Of a stretch of 64,000 nucleotides of DNA, positions 50,176 to 63,075 are shown piece by piece; the first letter of the stretch is position 1; each line of letters begins with the position of its first letter. This DNA is from Vicugna vicugna (Eukaryota), in the NCBI GenBank assembly GCA_013265495.1, contig MU058844.1, positions 11,926,184-11,990,183 on the forward strand, in the 5' to 3' direction. The notes under the pieces are model-generated. The model saw only the letters and a list, made by a program, of their open reading frames with translations, was not told where the DNA came from and ran no database searches. The translations under genes were made by a program, and so were the position numbers.

Positions 50176-52061
50176 TTCTCATTTCCAGTCTAGGTTCATC
50201 TATGTGGCAGAGGCCCTCTGCAGAGCTACTGGCTTGAACGAGGTCTAATTCAATATATATTCCGAAACTTGTTTAAGACATTGAGGAAGAAAAGCACTGA
50301 GGAAGCTCAGATAGTAGGGATAATATGAGCCTGATGGATCTGGACCTAAGGCCCTGGGACCCTAAACCATAAATTTTGCTAGCAAAAGTAGAAAGTTCAG
50401 GAACGTCTGTGGAAAGTAGTGTTGAACGAAACTTTAGCAGGCTTGGTCAGGTCTGCCCCTCACGCATGAGGCAAAACGGAGATAATTATGAGAGCAGACA
50501 GTCACCAAAGTGTTTGTGACATGTATTAGGGGACTTGCTGGTTGTAGATTTCTTCATAATTTCTCCACAGCTGGACGAACAACAGCATTCAGAGGACAGC
50601 TCTTCCACTGCGTGCCAAGCCCATCATCGAGAAGCAGAAATACTTGAATAATCAGTTTGGCCCTGATCCAACTATTACCGTTTAATAACAAGCCAGTAAT
50701 ATATTCTAAGACTCTGTAATTTGTGAGATATAAATACTGCTATTAAATTGCTTGTCTGCTCTGTTCGCCACCTTTGATGTTTTTGACTTAAAACACCCTA
50801 CATGACAAAGTCTCCAACCAAGAGCCCAATTAATTAAGTAAAATTAAGGGTGTCTGGGTGTGTGCATGTGCATGTGTATGTGTTACTGAACAGATAATAA
50901 AGCTCAGGTTTCCAACTACGGCTGAATTACAGTGTAATTCAGGATCAGACCTCATTTGATAATAAATTCCAGCAGCTTCTTGGCTTTTATACTCCTCCAA
51001 AGAAATTCCTTTGAAACCAGGACTTACTTTTACCGGACAAAGCTGTAATACTCAATTATGCTTTGTATGCCTTTCCAAATAGGCATGATCTTTCAAATAG
51101 GCCAAAACCTCTATTTGGGCAATGACAGAGGGTCCAACATCAGGGAAAAATCAGGATCTGTTTTCTTCTCTTTGTTATGTCATTATTTTTGAACCGCTGC
51201 CCAGTTTCTCCCTGGTCTTGAGGGCCCCAAATGTAATATTATTGCATTTCCCCATCTGTTTTAGGAGAAGTTGAGATGCACACTGTAAATTAAGGTACAG
51301 AAAACCACATTTTTCTTCTATATGGTATAGAAATGGTAGAGCTGTGCTTTTAAATCAAGCAATTTCCTGACTGGAAGGCTTTATTTTTCTGCAGTAGTAA
51401 AACACAATACAGTAGTAATATCACTAGAAAAAGTGATGCATCTATATGACTTCATTGCATCCCTTAGAGAGGCTTGGCACGGTATAACAACAGTCCTGGC
51501 TGTGAAATGTTAATAAATCACTTGACTTGATGTCAAAAAGAAGCTGCACTAAACAAGCAGTGACTTGATTCTGATCACGTGCCTTTTCACGCGTTTCTAG
51601 AAAGATGCAAGGAAGGTAAAATGGAGGGAAAACCTCTCAAGTCCCAAACTTTTTCAAATTTCTGAGATGAAAACATTAATGCTTTTTCAGTTTCAGCAAA
51701 GAAAACCATGTTGCAAGTCTATAGTTTGGTTGCAGCCCAGAGCTGTTTCGGAAGACGAATGACTTGAACTTAATTGTGATTTCAGCTGCTGCTGAAACAG
51801 TAAAATGTAATTTGGTGTACCAGCTAAGACATGTAGAGCCTTTCTAATGCACAGGGGAGCTGTTCTCTCTTTACCAAGAAATGTCACCTCCTAGTTATTT
51901 TTTTTAATTGTAAAGAGGTTAAATGCTTAGCTTTTTAACTCTTCACTGTATGAATGTGCAATAATTTATTCATTCTCTTTTTGATGGCATCAGATTATTT
52001 CCAATTTTTGCTAACTTCATTTGCATTTCTTGCACACATGGACAAATTTCTCTAAGATTGA

Positions 52062-52112
52062 TAAATATATATATATATAAATATACATATAAATATATAT
52101 ATATATATATAT
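52062..52112. repeat. (TA)n microsatellite
   Basis: taaatatatatatatataaatatacatataaatatatatatatatatatata. Confidence 0.92.
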
Positions 52113-52188
52113 AAAAGACTATCTGAAACTGCCATTTTTGTAGGTCATAACCAACTAAGTATCAGCAATTTCAAATGGTTCAACTTAA
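52110..52188. mobile_element. MADE2-like mariner MITE (~80 bp)
   Basis: 'tgaaactgccatttttgtaggtca...atcagcaatttcaaatggttcaacttaa' followed by TA. Matches the recalled MADE2 palindromic consensus. Confidence 0.85.
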
Positions 52189-52624
52189 TAGGAGTGGAAT
52201 TGCTGGGTCACTTGAGTATTACTAGGTTTTACCAAATTGTTCTCCAAAATGGTTTTGCAATTCATATTTTCTTTATCAGGAGTATTTTACAGAAAGTTTT
52301 GCTCTTTTCCAGTCTTTTCTGCAACATGATTACTCATCCCCCACTGAGGAATCGCTTCTTCCTGTGTGTTGCCAAACGAGTGTCTTTCTCTCTGCTCTGT
52401 GTGTCTGTGATTAGCTTTTCAAATTCATTTCTTTTGTACAGGGCACTTGGCAATTGCAATCTTCTACTTCCCTGGTACATTTTAACAGCATAAAACTTAG
52501 TCAGAGGAAACAAACAGCAGCATATTTAAGCAAGGTGGAGGGTGCATGAGGCAAGAATCATTAATGAGCCTTAATCTCTTAAGATATGGATCTAAGAAGT
52601 GAAATGATGGTCAGGAAGATTCTC

Positions 52625-53140
52625 TACCAGGGCCTTTGCCTGGGCCATTCCTTCAGCCAAGGGGGTTATTCTTCAACTCTTTTCCACAACCAGCGTGCCC
52701 CTTTGGAAAGCTCAGGTCAAATGTTCCTCCTTGTCAAGTCATTTTTAGGCCTCCACTCAGACTTTCATCTCTGCCTCCTCTATGCCTCTGAGCAACAGTG
52801 AACATACTACATTTCTGCATGGACAACTCAGTCTATATGTGGGGGGTGTGCAGGTACGGGGGTAATTAACCCTAAGATTCTAGAGTCCTGAGTTTTAAGG
52901 TTGATGACTGCTTGGAGCACTCAGACATCACTTCCTTTAGGAAGCTGTGCCTCATCTCTGAAGTCTGAATTTGTTACTCCTAGTCTGTGCTTCTCCTGGT
53001 ACCTGATTTCTCTGTCCACTGTGGCATGGAGCCACCTCTCAGTGGGCTACCTGTTCACACGTGGGCATTCCTGGCCCCTGTGGTTCCCATTTGTCTTTCC
53101 GCACCAGGCACTCAGCACCCTCATACGTCACAGATGAATG
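52625..53140 (+). mobile_element. L2 fragments
   Basis: 'cagggcctttgcctgggccattccttcagcc', 'ctcagacatcacttcctttaggaagc', and a tail ending 'gatgaatg'. Confidence 0.65.
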
Positions 53141-53194
53141 GGAAATATGTGACACTTAACTTTTTGGCTTCAACACTGATGTCATACCCCGAGC

Positions 53195-53350
53195 CAACCA
53201 ACCACTGTTGTAGCAATAGAGTTGCAGGAAAGAACAAAGTAGACAAATCCCAGCCCTTGTGGATTTACATCCCATTTGGTGGAAGCAGACAACAAAGTGG
53301 TAAATCTGTAATGTGTTGGATCATAAAGAGTGCTACAGATAAAAATTAAG
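53195..53350 (-). mobile_element. L2 3' fragment
   Basis: 'agacaaatcccagcccttgtggatttacatccc...gcagacaacaaagt...ataaagagtgctacagataaaaattaa'. Confidence 0.7.
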
Positions 53351-53374
53351 TGTGTTGAATACAGGAATAATTGA

Positions 53375-53526
53375 CTCCTCGTTTGTGCTTCGGTGTTCCT
53401 CTGCAGATTATAAATCGTCCGAGAGAGTATAGATCAGGTCTGTCTTGTTCATTCCTGAATCATTTATACCTAGACAAGTGCCTGGCATCTAGACTAGATT
53501 GCTGACTGACTAAATTAATGAATGAA
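53375..53526 (+). mobile_element. L2 3' end
   Basis: 'tctgtcttgttcattcctgaatc...cctagacaagtgcctggcatctag...tgactgactaaattaatgaatgaa'. Confidence 0.8.
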
Positions 53527-55039
53527 GGCCTCTCAGATAGTCCTTTCGACCTATCAGATGAGCATACATAAAAACTTGTTTACAGTTTCTTGATCTATTG
53601 TAAATCCAGATCCAAGTGGAGAGGGTCTAGCAATCCTAAACTTTATCTCAGTGGGTATTTTCCCTACATCTACCTCAGTGGTTCTAAACTAGTAAGCCAT
53701 GTGCCCATCATCACTTATTCTTCAATGCGAAATACTTTTGCTGAATAGAGATACTGTTACCCCAGTGTCTACATAGAACCTTGAACAAATGATGTGGAAT
53801 ATATTTGAGCTTAAAAAAGCACGGGTCCAAATAAATATTCATCCTTCCTAAAGTTATATTTCAACACTGTCACATGATTACATTAGAGAGCAGATTCAAG
53901 AAAATAAACGGTTCTACTCAGATAGAGTAACAAGGTTAAAAATAAACAAGTTCAGAGGATACCTATGACCTAAACACTGGGGATCTCAGTCCAGTGATGA
54001 CACTAGAAATAGTACTGGCTTTATTGTTGTTTGGAGAGGTTTAATCTATTCAAGTATGATGGCCAAACTATTAGTGTATAAAAAATGTCACAGATTCAAA
54101 AAATAGTGTAAGAATTCTCTCTTAAGTTGCTCTACTCTCCAATCAGTATTTTTAGAATATCGAGAAGGTCCTTAGCAAACAAGAGACTTGCAGCTCATGT
54201 CGAATGGCCTGTAGATTCCTGTGAAGGACCGTGCACACCCACTACACACATGGGGCCGTGACTTCTCAGAGAAAGCAGATGCCCACACTGGGGGTAGCAG
54301 CCAAGAAAAGGTACGGAGTACAGAAGCAATGTGAGGTCGTAGCAAGCTGACGAGAAGTACACTAAGTGGATTCCTGGTCTTTAAAGAGAGTAATCCTAAT
54401 GTAGAGGAGCAAACAGTCATCCTTTCTTGGGGCTGGTAAGATGCATTAAGGGAAATTCCAAGATTTTATCCTTTGTTTTCAAACAAAGCAGCAGAAACAA
54501 TTCCCCATTGTACTCAGGATGAGACTGCCTTATAAAGTGAAGTTTGGTAGTTCATAAACATCATTCAAAGATCCTGTTTTTTTAATTAATATATTTAATT
54601 GGGGCAAGACATTAATATCTCTCCTAAGACTTAGCTATGCTATGTTTTTCAGTGAATGATCAATTGCTCAAGAAATCCCTGTAGACAAGAAACATTATGT
54701 TCTATGCTCTAGCACACAAACCAGATGACAAATGCCAGCAGAATACAACACAAAGGTGACTGTATGATGCATGAAATAGTGTCTGTTGAGAACCTTTGAC
54801 TTGTTAAATAAAATGTCAATTAATTTTTAAAAATGTCTATGATAGTAGTCAATAAGGAAATAAGATAATACTATTTAAAAGCATGACTCTGCCCTATCAC
54901 AGCACAATTTAAAAAATTAATTATATTCTTTGCAATTATATCTGGCATAGATCAGCTACTTAATAGAACACAGGACATTGTAAAATTTCTAAATGTATGC
55001 AATACATTTAAAACGCTGATCTAACTACTGAAGTAGTTT

Positions 55040-55288
55040 GGTAGCAAGGTAGCATAGGGCATAGATTCTGGAATGAGACAGCCTAGATTTAAATCTGATG
55101 GCCCTATTGACTAGCTGTTGCAAACATGAGCAAGTTATTATGCCTCTTTTTCTTTTCTGTAAGATGAAAATAATAACAGTGCCCATCTTACTGGCCTCGC
55201 TCATGTCAATATGAGGATTAAATAAGCTCATATTTGTAAAATGTTTAGGATAACCTCTAGAACATAGCAGTTACTATGCATCTGTAGG
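55040..55288 (+). mobile_element. MIR SINE, near full length
   Basis: 'gcatagattctggaatgagacagcctagatttaaatc...ctgtaagatgaaaataataacagtgcc...tgaggattaaataagctcatatttgtaaaatg'. Confidence 0.88.
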
Positions 55289-55681
55289 ATAAAATTACTT
55301 TTAAAATATGTACATCTTTGAAAAACAATGTTTTTGTCAACATCAGAAATGGCTTCAACTCTAGCTTTGAAGATCAAAAACTGGAAAAATGCTGCTATTT
55401 TCCTGATCATGAAGATATTTCCCCCCTACAATTCTAATGAATACTTAATCCTTACAATTCCAAGTGACATAAATAAATTTTACATCTTGGTGATGGTTTA
55501 AATATTATAAATTCTATGGTCAATTTTTTTTGTCACGAGCATTAGTAATCACCTAAAGTCAAATATTTACAGCATTGATTTATTTTACATATTAAATCCA
55601 TTATGCATGCATCACTCGATGTTTATAAGCTAGGTGAATATTTTTAAAGAAAAAATATGTCACTTTCTGATATAATAAAGT

Positions 55682-55945
55682 AGAACAGATATAGAGAATA
55701 AGACGGTGACTTTAAAATTAAACTAAGATTTGAGTATTGTATCAGCCTTTTATTAATTCTGTAACCTTGGGAAGTTCATTTAATTCTCAGAGCTTTGATG
55801 TCCTCATCTTCAAAACAGGAATAATAATTGCTCCTACTTCAGGGTATTTTTGTTGAGAAGATTAAGTGAGGTAATTCAAAGATAGGGTTTAATCTCAGAA
55901 CCCGAACAGGGTAAGTGTTCACTAAATGTTAACTGGTACTATTAG
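55682..55945 (+). mobile_element. MIR SINE, near full length
   Basis: 'ctgtaaccttgggaagttcatttaattctcagagc...cctcatcttcaaaacaggaataata...gtaagtgttcactaaatgttaact'. Confidence 0.85.
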
Positions 55946-57021
55946 TTTTTGTAGCCAAATGTTCTTTAGTTAGTTTTTACGTGCCTTTTCAGTAAGTTAG
56001 AGAAATTAATCAGTCCCAACTTATCAGGACGTCCCAAGTCAAGTCACGTTACGAAGGCTCAGGGCATTTATAAACAGCCCCCTTATTTCATTTCTTAATC
56101 AACTATTGCTATTGACACAAAACTGTCATATAAACATTTCAGAAGAAAATTTGATCTACATCTATTTTCCCAACTGAAATTACATTTCTCATCCTCTCAT
56201 TTAGAAGGCAAAACTGTCCTTAAAATAATCTTTGGTAGGGTTATGACACGATAATCATCATTTATAAATCTTCAGACGTGAATGATTTATTTTCTCCTTG
56301 TTTTCCTTTGAGATGTGTATTGTCTTAGTAGATGTTATCAGTCATACAGGTAATGGATTTTTTTAATTACTGCTAACATCTAAAAATGCATAAAAATGGA
56401 TAATGCAATTCTCATCAGTAATATAAATAGAATAATGTAAGGCAATTCCAAAATGGAAAATAAAAGTGACACCTACTTCAGTTTCACACTATGAATTTCA
56501 TAGTTTACGTGTTAAAACATATATATTTTTGTACCTGAGGATTTAAAAACTGCCATCTATTAAAGGTGAAGATGTTGCAAGGAAAAGAGCATCTCTTTTC
56601 TGCATGCTTCATCACCATGTTAATTACATTAGTTGCAGTCCCAAGGCAAGATGACCTTGCAAGTTGATCCCTTGTAGTACATTTATGGTATGACAGCCTT
56701 TAGAACAAAGAAATTATTGCTCATCTGCTTCACAAAACTATCAAAAATCACCTATGTAAAACCAAGTAGCATGCAATGGCAGAAACCAAGTAAATGTTAT
56801 TCAAAAGTAAAGTGAATCTATATCAAGCCATCAAAATAGCAGTGCATGCTGTCCAATGCTGAAAAGGATGTTCTATAGATAAAGACCATGCAGCCTGAAA
56901 GTGGAACCTCAGGTATGAAAACAGCCACTGTTCACTGAGGACTTGCTCTCTATCAGGCATCATTTAAGCTTTATAATAGCATATCTCATTTTAATTCTCT
57001 CAAAACCTCAAGGGATTCTTG

Positions 57022-57262
57022 TAAAAACAACCTGAATTAACAAGAAGATTTGCCAAGATGGCCGGAAACAAAATTAAAGTACACATAAAGAAGATAGAAA
57101 AAGAAGCAGGAAGTGTTCCATTTAAATTAACAAAAAATCTATTAAATATCTAGAAGTGAATTTAACAAAAGATCTAGGGTTAAATGAAAAAAAAAGAAAA
57201 ATATTTTTAAAGGATATAAAATAATACCTGAACAATTAAAAATTCATTTTATATTATATTAT
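57022..57262 (+). mobile_element. Ancient L1M ORF2 fragment
   Basis: 'gaattaacaagaagatttgccaagatggccgga...ttaaatatctagaagtgaatttaacaaaagat'. Confidence 0.65.
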
Positions 57263-58934
57263 TTAATATTTAGAAACTGCTTTGAATATTTCAGACTTTT
57301 TTCTGGCACAGTGTCACGAACAGTACCTAGTTTTCTTTGATAAACATTTTTATGAACTCATCAGAATTACGAAGTTTTAAGTAAAAAAACACCTATTTAA
57401 TTATCATTTTAATCTCTTCATCATGAACAACACATGATATGCAACAACTGTAGATCAGCTTTAGCAAAAGAAATGTTATTTGTATTAGGTATACACTGAC
57501 TTTAACAATAAGTATTAAGAAAAAAAGTTTTTCAGAGTCTAATGGCTGCAATCATGACTAATCTTTAGAACCCTTCATTCTGCTTATGTTATATAATGAA
57601 ACAGTTACAGATAGATGAGTGTTACAAGTACGATGTACACTTAAGATACTAAAAGAACGTAACAGTGGGACCTAACTCCTAGGGTTACAGTGAGAATACA
57701 ATGAAATAATAAATGTGAAACGTTTAACATGCTGCCTAGCACGTTATCTTTAAAAATTAATAAAATTCACTTAATAACTAAGTTTACTCTGATAGAAGCA
57801 TTTTTTAGCTTCTTCCCAAATATGAACCTCTAAGGGAAAACTGGAAATATCTACAAAAGTAATTTCATTCACATTAGTGTCATGATATGAAAGGAAAGAG
57901 GAGACCAGCTACAATGACAGCTAACATTTCTGAGTGCTTACTGGGTGCAATGCTAAACATTAGTACGGATTTAAAATTATAGGATATGTTGTGTATATTT
58001 CATAAGATATACTCAATATACAATTATCCAAAAACATTTATACATAATTTATTCAAAAATCAATATATAATGTGCCTTTTAAAATCTATATATGTATATA
58101 CAGAATACAGATATTTATAGAAAAGAAAAGAAAAAAAAAAAAAGAAAATCCCCAATTTGGCATATTGCTTTTAAAAGGCTCTTCATTTCTGGTAGTATAA
58201 GGGATGGACTTTAGAATTTTCTTCTTTGAAATAGCAAGTAAAGAAAATAGAGGTAATCAAAAGCATTGTATAGTACATATAAATGTATGGAGAGTATATG
58301 TATTAGCTTTTTTACAAAGAACATTAAAAGATCACAACCTCTTTGAAAAAAAGCATAAATACCACCCTTCTCATTTTAGTTAGAGTAATAGAGGAAAAAT
58401 TTGAGTAAGCTCTCCAGGTGTGTCTCTTAGTGGTGTGAGTAGGATATAAAACAATTTTCTTGACTCCCCACCCAATCTCAGTCCTTCCAACGAGCTCCAA
58501 ATCATGCAGGCAAGACCAGGCAGATCACAATTTTGCTCCCGTCTATAGTCCGCCCACGACCCAGCCCACAGTTTGGAAGTGGAGACAGTTTGGATGATTT
58601 CTGGTTGCCTTCAATGTGTCAGGCTACACAGGTTATCTAGCCAAGCAGCACATGTTAGTCCTTCAGGAGAAGGGACTAGGCCCTGATGTACCATGACTGG
58701 CCATGCGACATTACGCACTTTACTTGATCTCTCTGGGCCTAAGTGTCTCTCTCTCCCTTGTATTGTGCTGAACCACATGGAAATTACTTCCTTTATGGTC
58801 AAAAATGGTCAACGCTAACAATTTAATAAGGTTCCACCAAATAAAAGAGGGAAACTGATCAGTCTTAATTCATAATTGTTGTGCCCTGACATGATCGGGT
58901 GAGGGGGTGATGAAGAGTAAGAACCAACTCAATG

Positions 58935-59070
58935 ACAATGTTATTATTGTCATCCTCACAATGAGGGGAAGCTGAGATTTCCAGTCTCAGCCTTAGCATA
59001 TGGTGTCTCCAGAATTCAAACTTGGATCTCTAACTCCAGTGTCATTGCCGTCTCCTCAATAACATGCTGT
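58935..59070 (-). mobile_element. MIR SINE fragment
   Basis: 'ttattattgtcatcctcacaatgaggggaagctgag...ccagaattcaaacttggatctctaactccag'. Confidence 0.6.
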
Positions 59071-59594
59071 TGGCCGCAGTGTCTGAGACTCAGCTAAAAA
59101 TATTTAAGCTTTTCTCTTCAGAAAAATTGACGTCATGCCAATCCTGCTTTCCAGGGACATTTTATAAATTAAAGCACCACTGATTTAATTGCTATGAAAC
59201 GGCCTTTGTTTCTTCCTTTTTCCCCCCATGATGGATTAGTTCCCTGGAGTAGCTACTTGCCAAATAGCACCCTAGCGTCCTGAAAGAGTTAAGGCAGCTT
59301 GTACATTTGCATAACTTACAACCAGGGAGTAGCTGGGGACAGGGAGAATCTGGTTCAGTAGGCCATTTAGAAATTCATTAAAATTCATTCACTCTGTATT
59401 CTTGTTGTTGTTGTGGCCAGTACCTAAAAACAACAAAAACGTGCTTCCAAAAGTGAAGTAGTAAATAAGGTAAAACCAACATGCTGACATCCAAAACTGT
59501 AAACTCAAATCACCTCATTGTTTGGGGGCTTTTCTCCTAAACACAGAAAACTTATTCATATATTCACATTAGCAGTCAATTGAACAGAACAGAA

Positions 59595-59608
59595 GTTGCT
59601 ATGGAAAC
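59595..59608. promoter_or_regulatory. RFX X-box motif
   Basis: GTTGCTATGGAAAC, near-identical to the canonical 14-bp X-box GTTGCCATGGCAAC/GGAAAC. Confidence 0.55.
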
Positions 59609-61961
59609 AGTGTGGTATGCCCTCGCACTTAGTGAGCAAATGAACACGACTAATTATCACCAAATGTATGATATCTCTGCTTTTGTACGCTATAGCTTTT
59701 AATGTACAATCTGTTTAATGAGCAGCAAGTTGTTCACCCAGCGTGCAGAGGGTGAGCGAGGCCTAAACATAGATGATTAAGTCCTCAGGTGTGAATCTGC
59801 CAATTTTATTGAAATAAAGCAATAAAAGACTTATCTTTCTCCTATGTATCTTAACAAGAATGGGGGGCTTATTGGAGCCTAAGACCTTAAACATAAGAAG
59901 TTAAGACAATAGGAAAATGCTGCCAAGAAAAAGAAAATCCGGTTCTTCCTTCACTTCATTAAAATATTCACACACTCAAAACACTCAGACAGGCACGTTC
60001 TGGATGCTTACTATGGGCCAGGTACTAGGAAGCAGTGAAGGCCTGGTCTACAGGTACACAATTTTATTCTGTTACAAAGCCAACTCTATTAGGTTCCAGA
60101 AAAGACTTCCAAAAAAAAAAAACCATGCTATTTGGAACACAGAAGATAAGCAGACGAAATTTAGCCTAGGGAACTGAAGGAAACCATTTTCAGTGGGTAC
60201 CTTGAAGGATGATGAAACTCCTGGGCCACTGAGATGCTCTCAGCTCCCTGAAGGAGTAACTTCCTCAACCCTGGGCAGGCACAGCCCAGCCCTTGAACTC
60301 CACAAGTAAGATGGTGCTGAATGAATGAGGAACCTCCTTCACTATGAGGAGGAGGAATCTGCAATGGGAGGGCCTGCCCTTCATATCCCTACTTCTCAGA
60401 GCATTTGTAAGAGCACCTGGAGGCGCTTCCCTCTCCACTCTGACCCTGGTCAGTCGAGCCCTGCCTGGAGTCCAGTGTTCAACCCTGACTGTTGTATTTC
60501 TCTCACTCAGCTTCCATCACCCCTGGTGCTAAACCTACGGGACCTCCTCCAACAACTTCTGTAACCATCGTTGCCATGAGTCGGCCCCATTGCAGCCTCC
60601 CTTAAAAAGGCCTCGGTTATGCGATAATGGAAATTTTGAGACACAACAACCTGGCAAGGAGTCATTCCCTGTATAGGTGTCCCATCTTCTTCGAGGCCTG
60701 CTTTGTTCCTACTTTCAGCATGCTAGGCAATCCCATTATGCCCAAAAAGCAGAGTAACAAGCAGAATGACATTTTAAACAGAGAGGAGAGTTCTTAATGT
60801 ATAGAAGTTAATATGTCATATATTTAAGCAATAATGTATATCAAGATAGTCTAATAGGAGATTAATACATAAATATCATCACACTTGGAAAGGTGGGATG
60901 GTACTACGTTGCAGAGAACACTGAATGTTTTAGACTTTATTTCAGGGAAAAATTAGAATGAATGATACTGCAACAGTCCAAGCAGAAGATAAAGGGAAAC
61001 AGAAAGGAACCATACTTACCCACAGCTTTGCAAGTGACACGCCCAAGCTCCAATAACGGTGCACATTAAGCAACGGGTAACGGATAACATTTATAGATGA
61101 CCCTGATGTTGTCAGGTCAGCTTCAAAATGTCAAACTAAAGGCCACTTATCACAATTACACTTTAAAAAAACCACATTATTTTCTGCTCTGCTTGTGTAA
61201 TTCATAGAGCAGTCTCAGAATTTGTTTCACTTTATGTAGCCAATAAATTTCATAATTACACATTAATCAAGCTGCGAATACTTACTGAATACTTATGTCC
61301 AAGTCATTTGGAATCCTATCACTAGCCTCTAAAGAAAGACAGTATTTATGGGCTTGGAAATAGGTCAGCCTCAGATTTTACAACTTTATTATTTTTATGC
61401 TAAAATTATTATTAAGTAGTATAGATATTAATATCTTATAAAACTCTGCTTTAGGCATTCTTAAGAACTTTTTTCTTTAGGATAAAATTACTTTCAAATA
61501 TATGAGCAAATAAGACTTACTTACTGTATACATTCAATTTAGTACCCTATATGTACCTGAAGATACAATTAAGAAATTTAAAATTCTGGAAAATGCAGAA
61601 AATATACTTAGATTTTGGATTCCTCATTTTGCAAATAGAAAAAAAAACCCAGGAAATTTATAACACAGTAATACACACCTAATAATGATATAAATAACAA
61701 TTGGAAAAAATGTGTTTCTTGTTGATATTGTGTTTCTTCTCTTGGGCTACAAATTTAAGACTAGAATAATCTGATATAATTGTAACCATTTTAGACATGA
61801 ATTTATCTATTGAGTTTTGTTTCTTTCATTAATTTTACACAGAACTCGTTTTCAATTATTCATTTTGACTTGTTCAGTTTATGGATTATCCAGGCCTTTT
61901 GTTTCTGAAACTGTTTCTTTTTAAATTCAAATCATTACATATCTGTTCATATTAGCAACGG

Positions 61962-62215
61962 TACTAATAGGTGATAAAAATCATTAACACTTATTAAGAA
62001 CTTACTATGTGCCAAGCATTGCTCAGAGCATTTTATATGTAGTAAATCACTAAATTGTCACAACAATCCTCTAAAGTAGGCAATATTATTACTTCTAATT
62101 TACAGATGCAGAGAAAGAGAGTAACTAATTTCCTTAAGGCTGCAAAGCTCCTTAGTGGTGATGTCACCATTTAAACCCAGGCAATGTACTTTTAAAATTC
62201 ACACTCCTAACAACT
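61962..62215 (-). mobile_element. MIR SINE, near full length
   Basis: 'taacacttattaagaacttactatgtgccaagcattgctcagagc...cacaacaatcctctaaagtaggcaatattatt...tttaaacccaggca'. Confidence 0.88.
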
Positions 62216-62689
62216 TCTCTATTTATACTTCATTCCTCCACAAAGTGTTTCTCAACCATGTATTTTTAAAACCTCATTCTATACACTGACAATTTACAAA
62301 ACTATGGAAAACCAAAGTCAAAGGTTGGGAAAATCTCCAGTCTAGAACAAGCCACTAAAATATCCCTGAAAATTAGGGATGACAACGTTCAATTAACTGC
62401 AATATCTGAAAGGCTTTAAAGCGGTTAAATCTGACAGACAATGTTGACTTTAACCTTTCAGTTACATGTTAGTTTCACAAATGAATATCCCATAAATTTG
62501 GAGTAATCTGTAGACCTCGGAGCCATCCTTGATTCATCTCTTTCTCTCCCAGCCTACGTTCTGCCTTTTTCACACTCAGAATCTTACAATGGTGGTCAGG
62601 GTGACTCCAGATAATAAGTGTTGGATGGACTAACAGCTCCCACCTGTCTGGGCACTGGGCTGCCCCTCCATCCTCATTTCTACAATGTA

Positions 62690-63075
62690 CCTCTTGCTCT
62701 CTGATCTCCTCACTGGTCCTCAACATGAGCAATTATTCTCAGAGCTTTTGATGATCTCTCTGCTCAATTTCTTTCCTGCACATATTCACATGCTGACATC
62801 TGCCCTTTATTCAGTTTCTACTCAAGAGGTCACCTCTTCCTGACAGTCTTTTTTTGGGGAAGCCCATTTAAAATAACCCTTTGTCATTGTCTGCGCACTT
62901 ACCCCATTTTCCTTGAGCTTCCCGCACTACCTGGCATTATCTCTTCTATATTCCCTGTTATCATGTAAGTTCCCTCAAGACATTGCTGTATGCTCAATTT
63001 ATAGAGCAGTGCCTGGCACACAAAAAATGCTGGGGGTAAAAAAAAATCGCTAGCTGAAAGACTGGATGAATGTAG
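62690..63075 (+). mobile_element. L2 3' end
   Basis: 'tcagtttctactcaagaggtcacctcttcc...agagcagtgcctggcacac...tggatgaatg'. Confidence 0.72.

Larger units (their letters stand above)
51890..52265 (-). mobile_element. Ancient L1ME-like fragment, the only minus-strand L1 seen
   Basis: 'ataatttattcattctc...attatttccaatttttgcta' and 'aggagtggaattgctgggtca...ccaaattgttctccaaaatggtt'. Confidence 0.8.

Noticed and set aside
53240..53450. Opposed L2 3' fragments in a miR-28/151-like geometry
   Set aside because: The arms are about 100 nt apart and too diverged to form a pre-miRNA-sized hairpin.
54156..54420. GC-richer stretch with AG/GT boundaries and ORF 54172-54420
   Set aside because: All plus-strand frames have stops between the candidate splice sites, and the minus-strand peptide is unrecognisable.
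60412..60428. CTCF-like GCACCTGGAGGCGCT
   Set aside because: It has three mismatches to the core, including a key position, and no upstream module.
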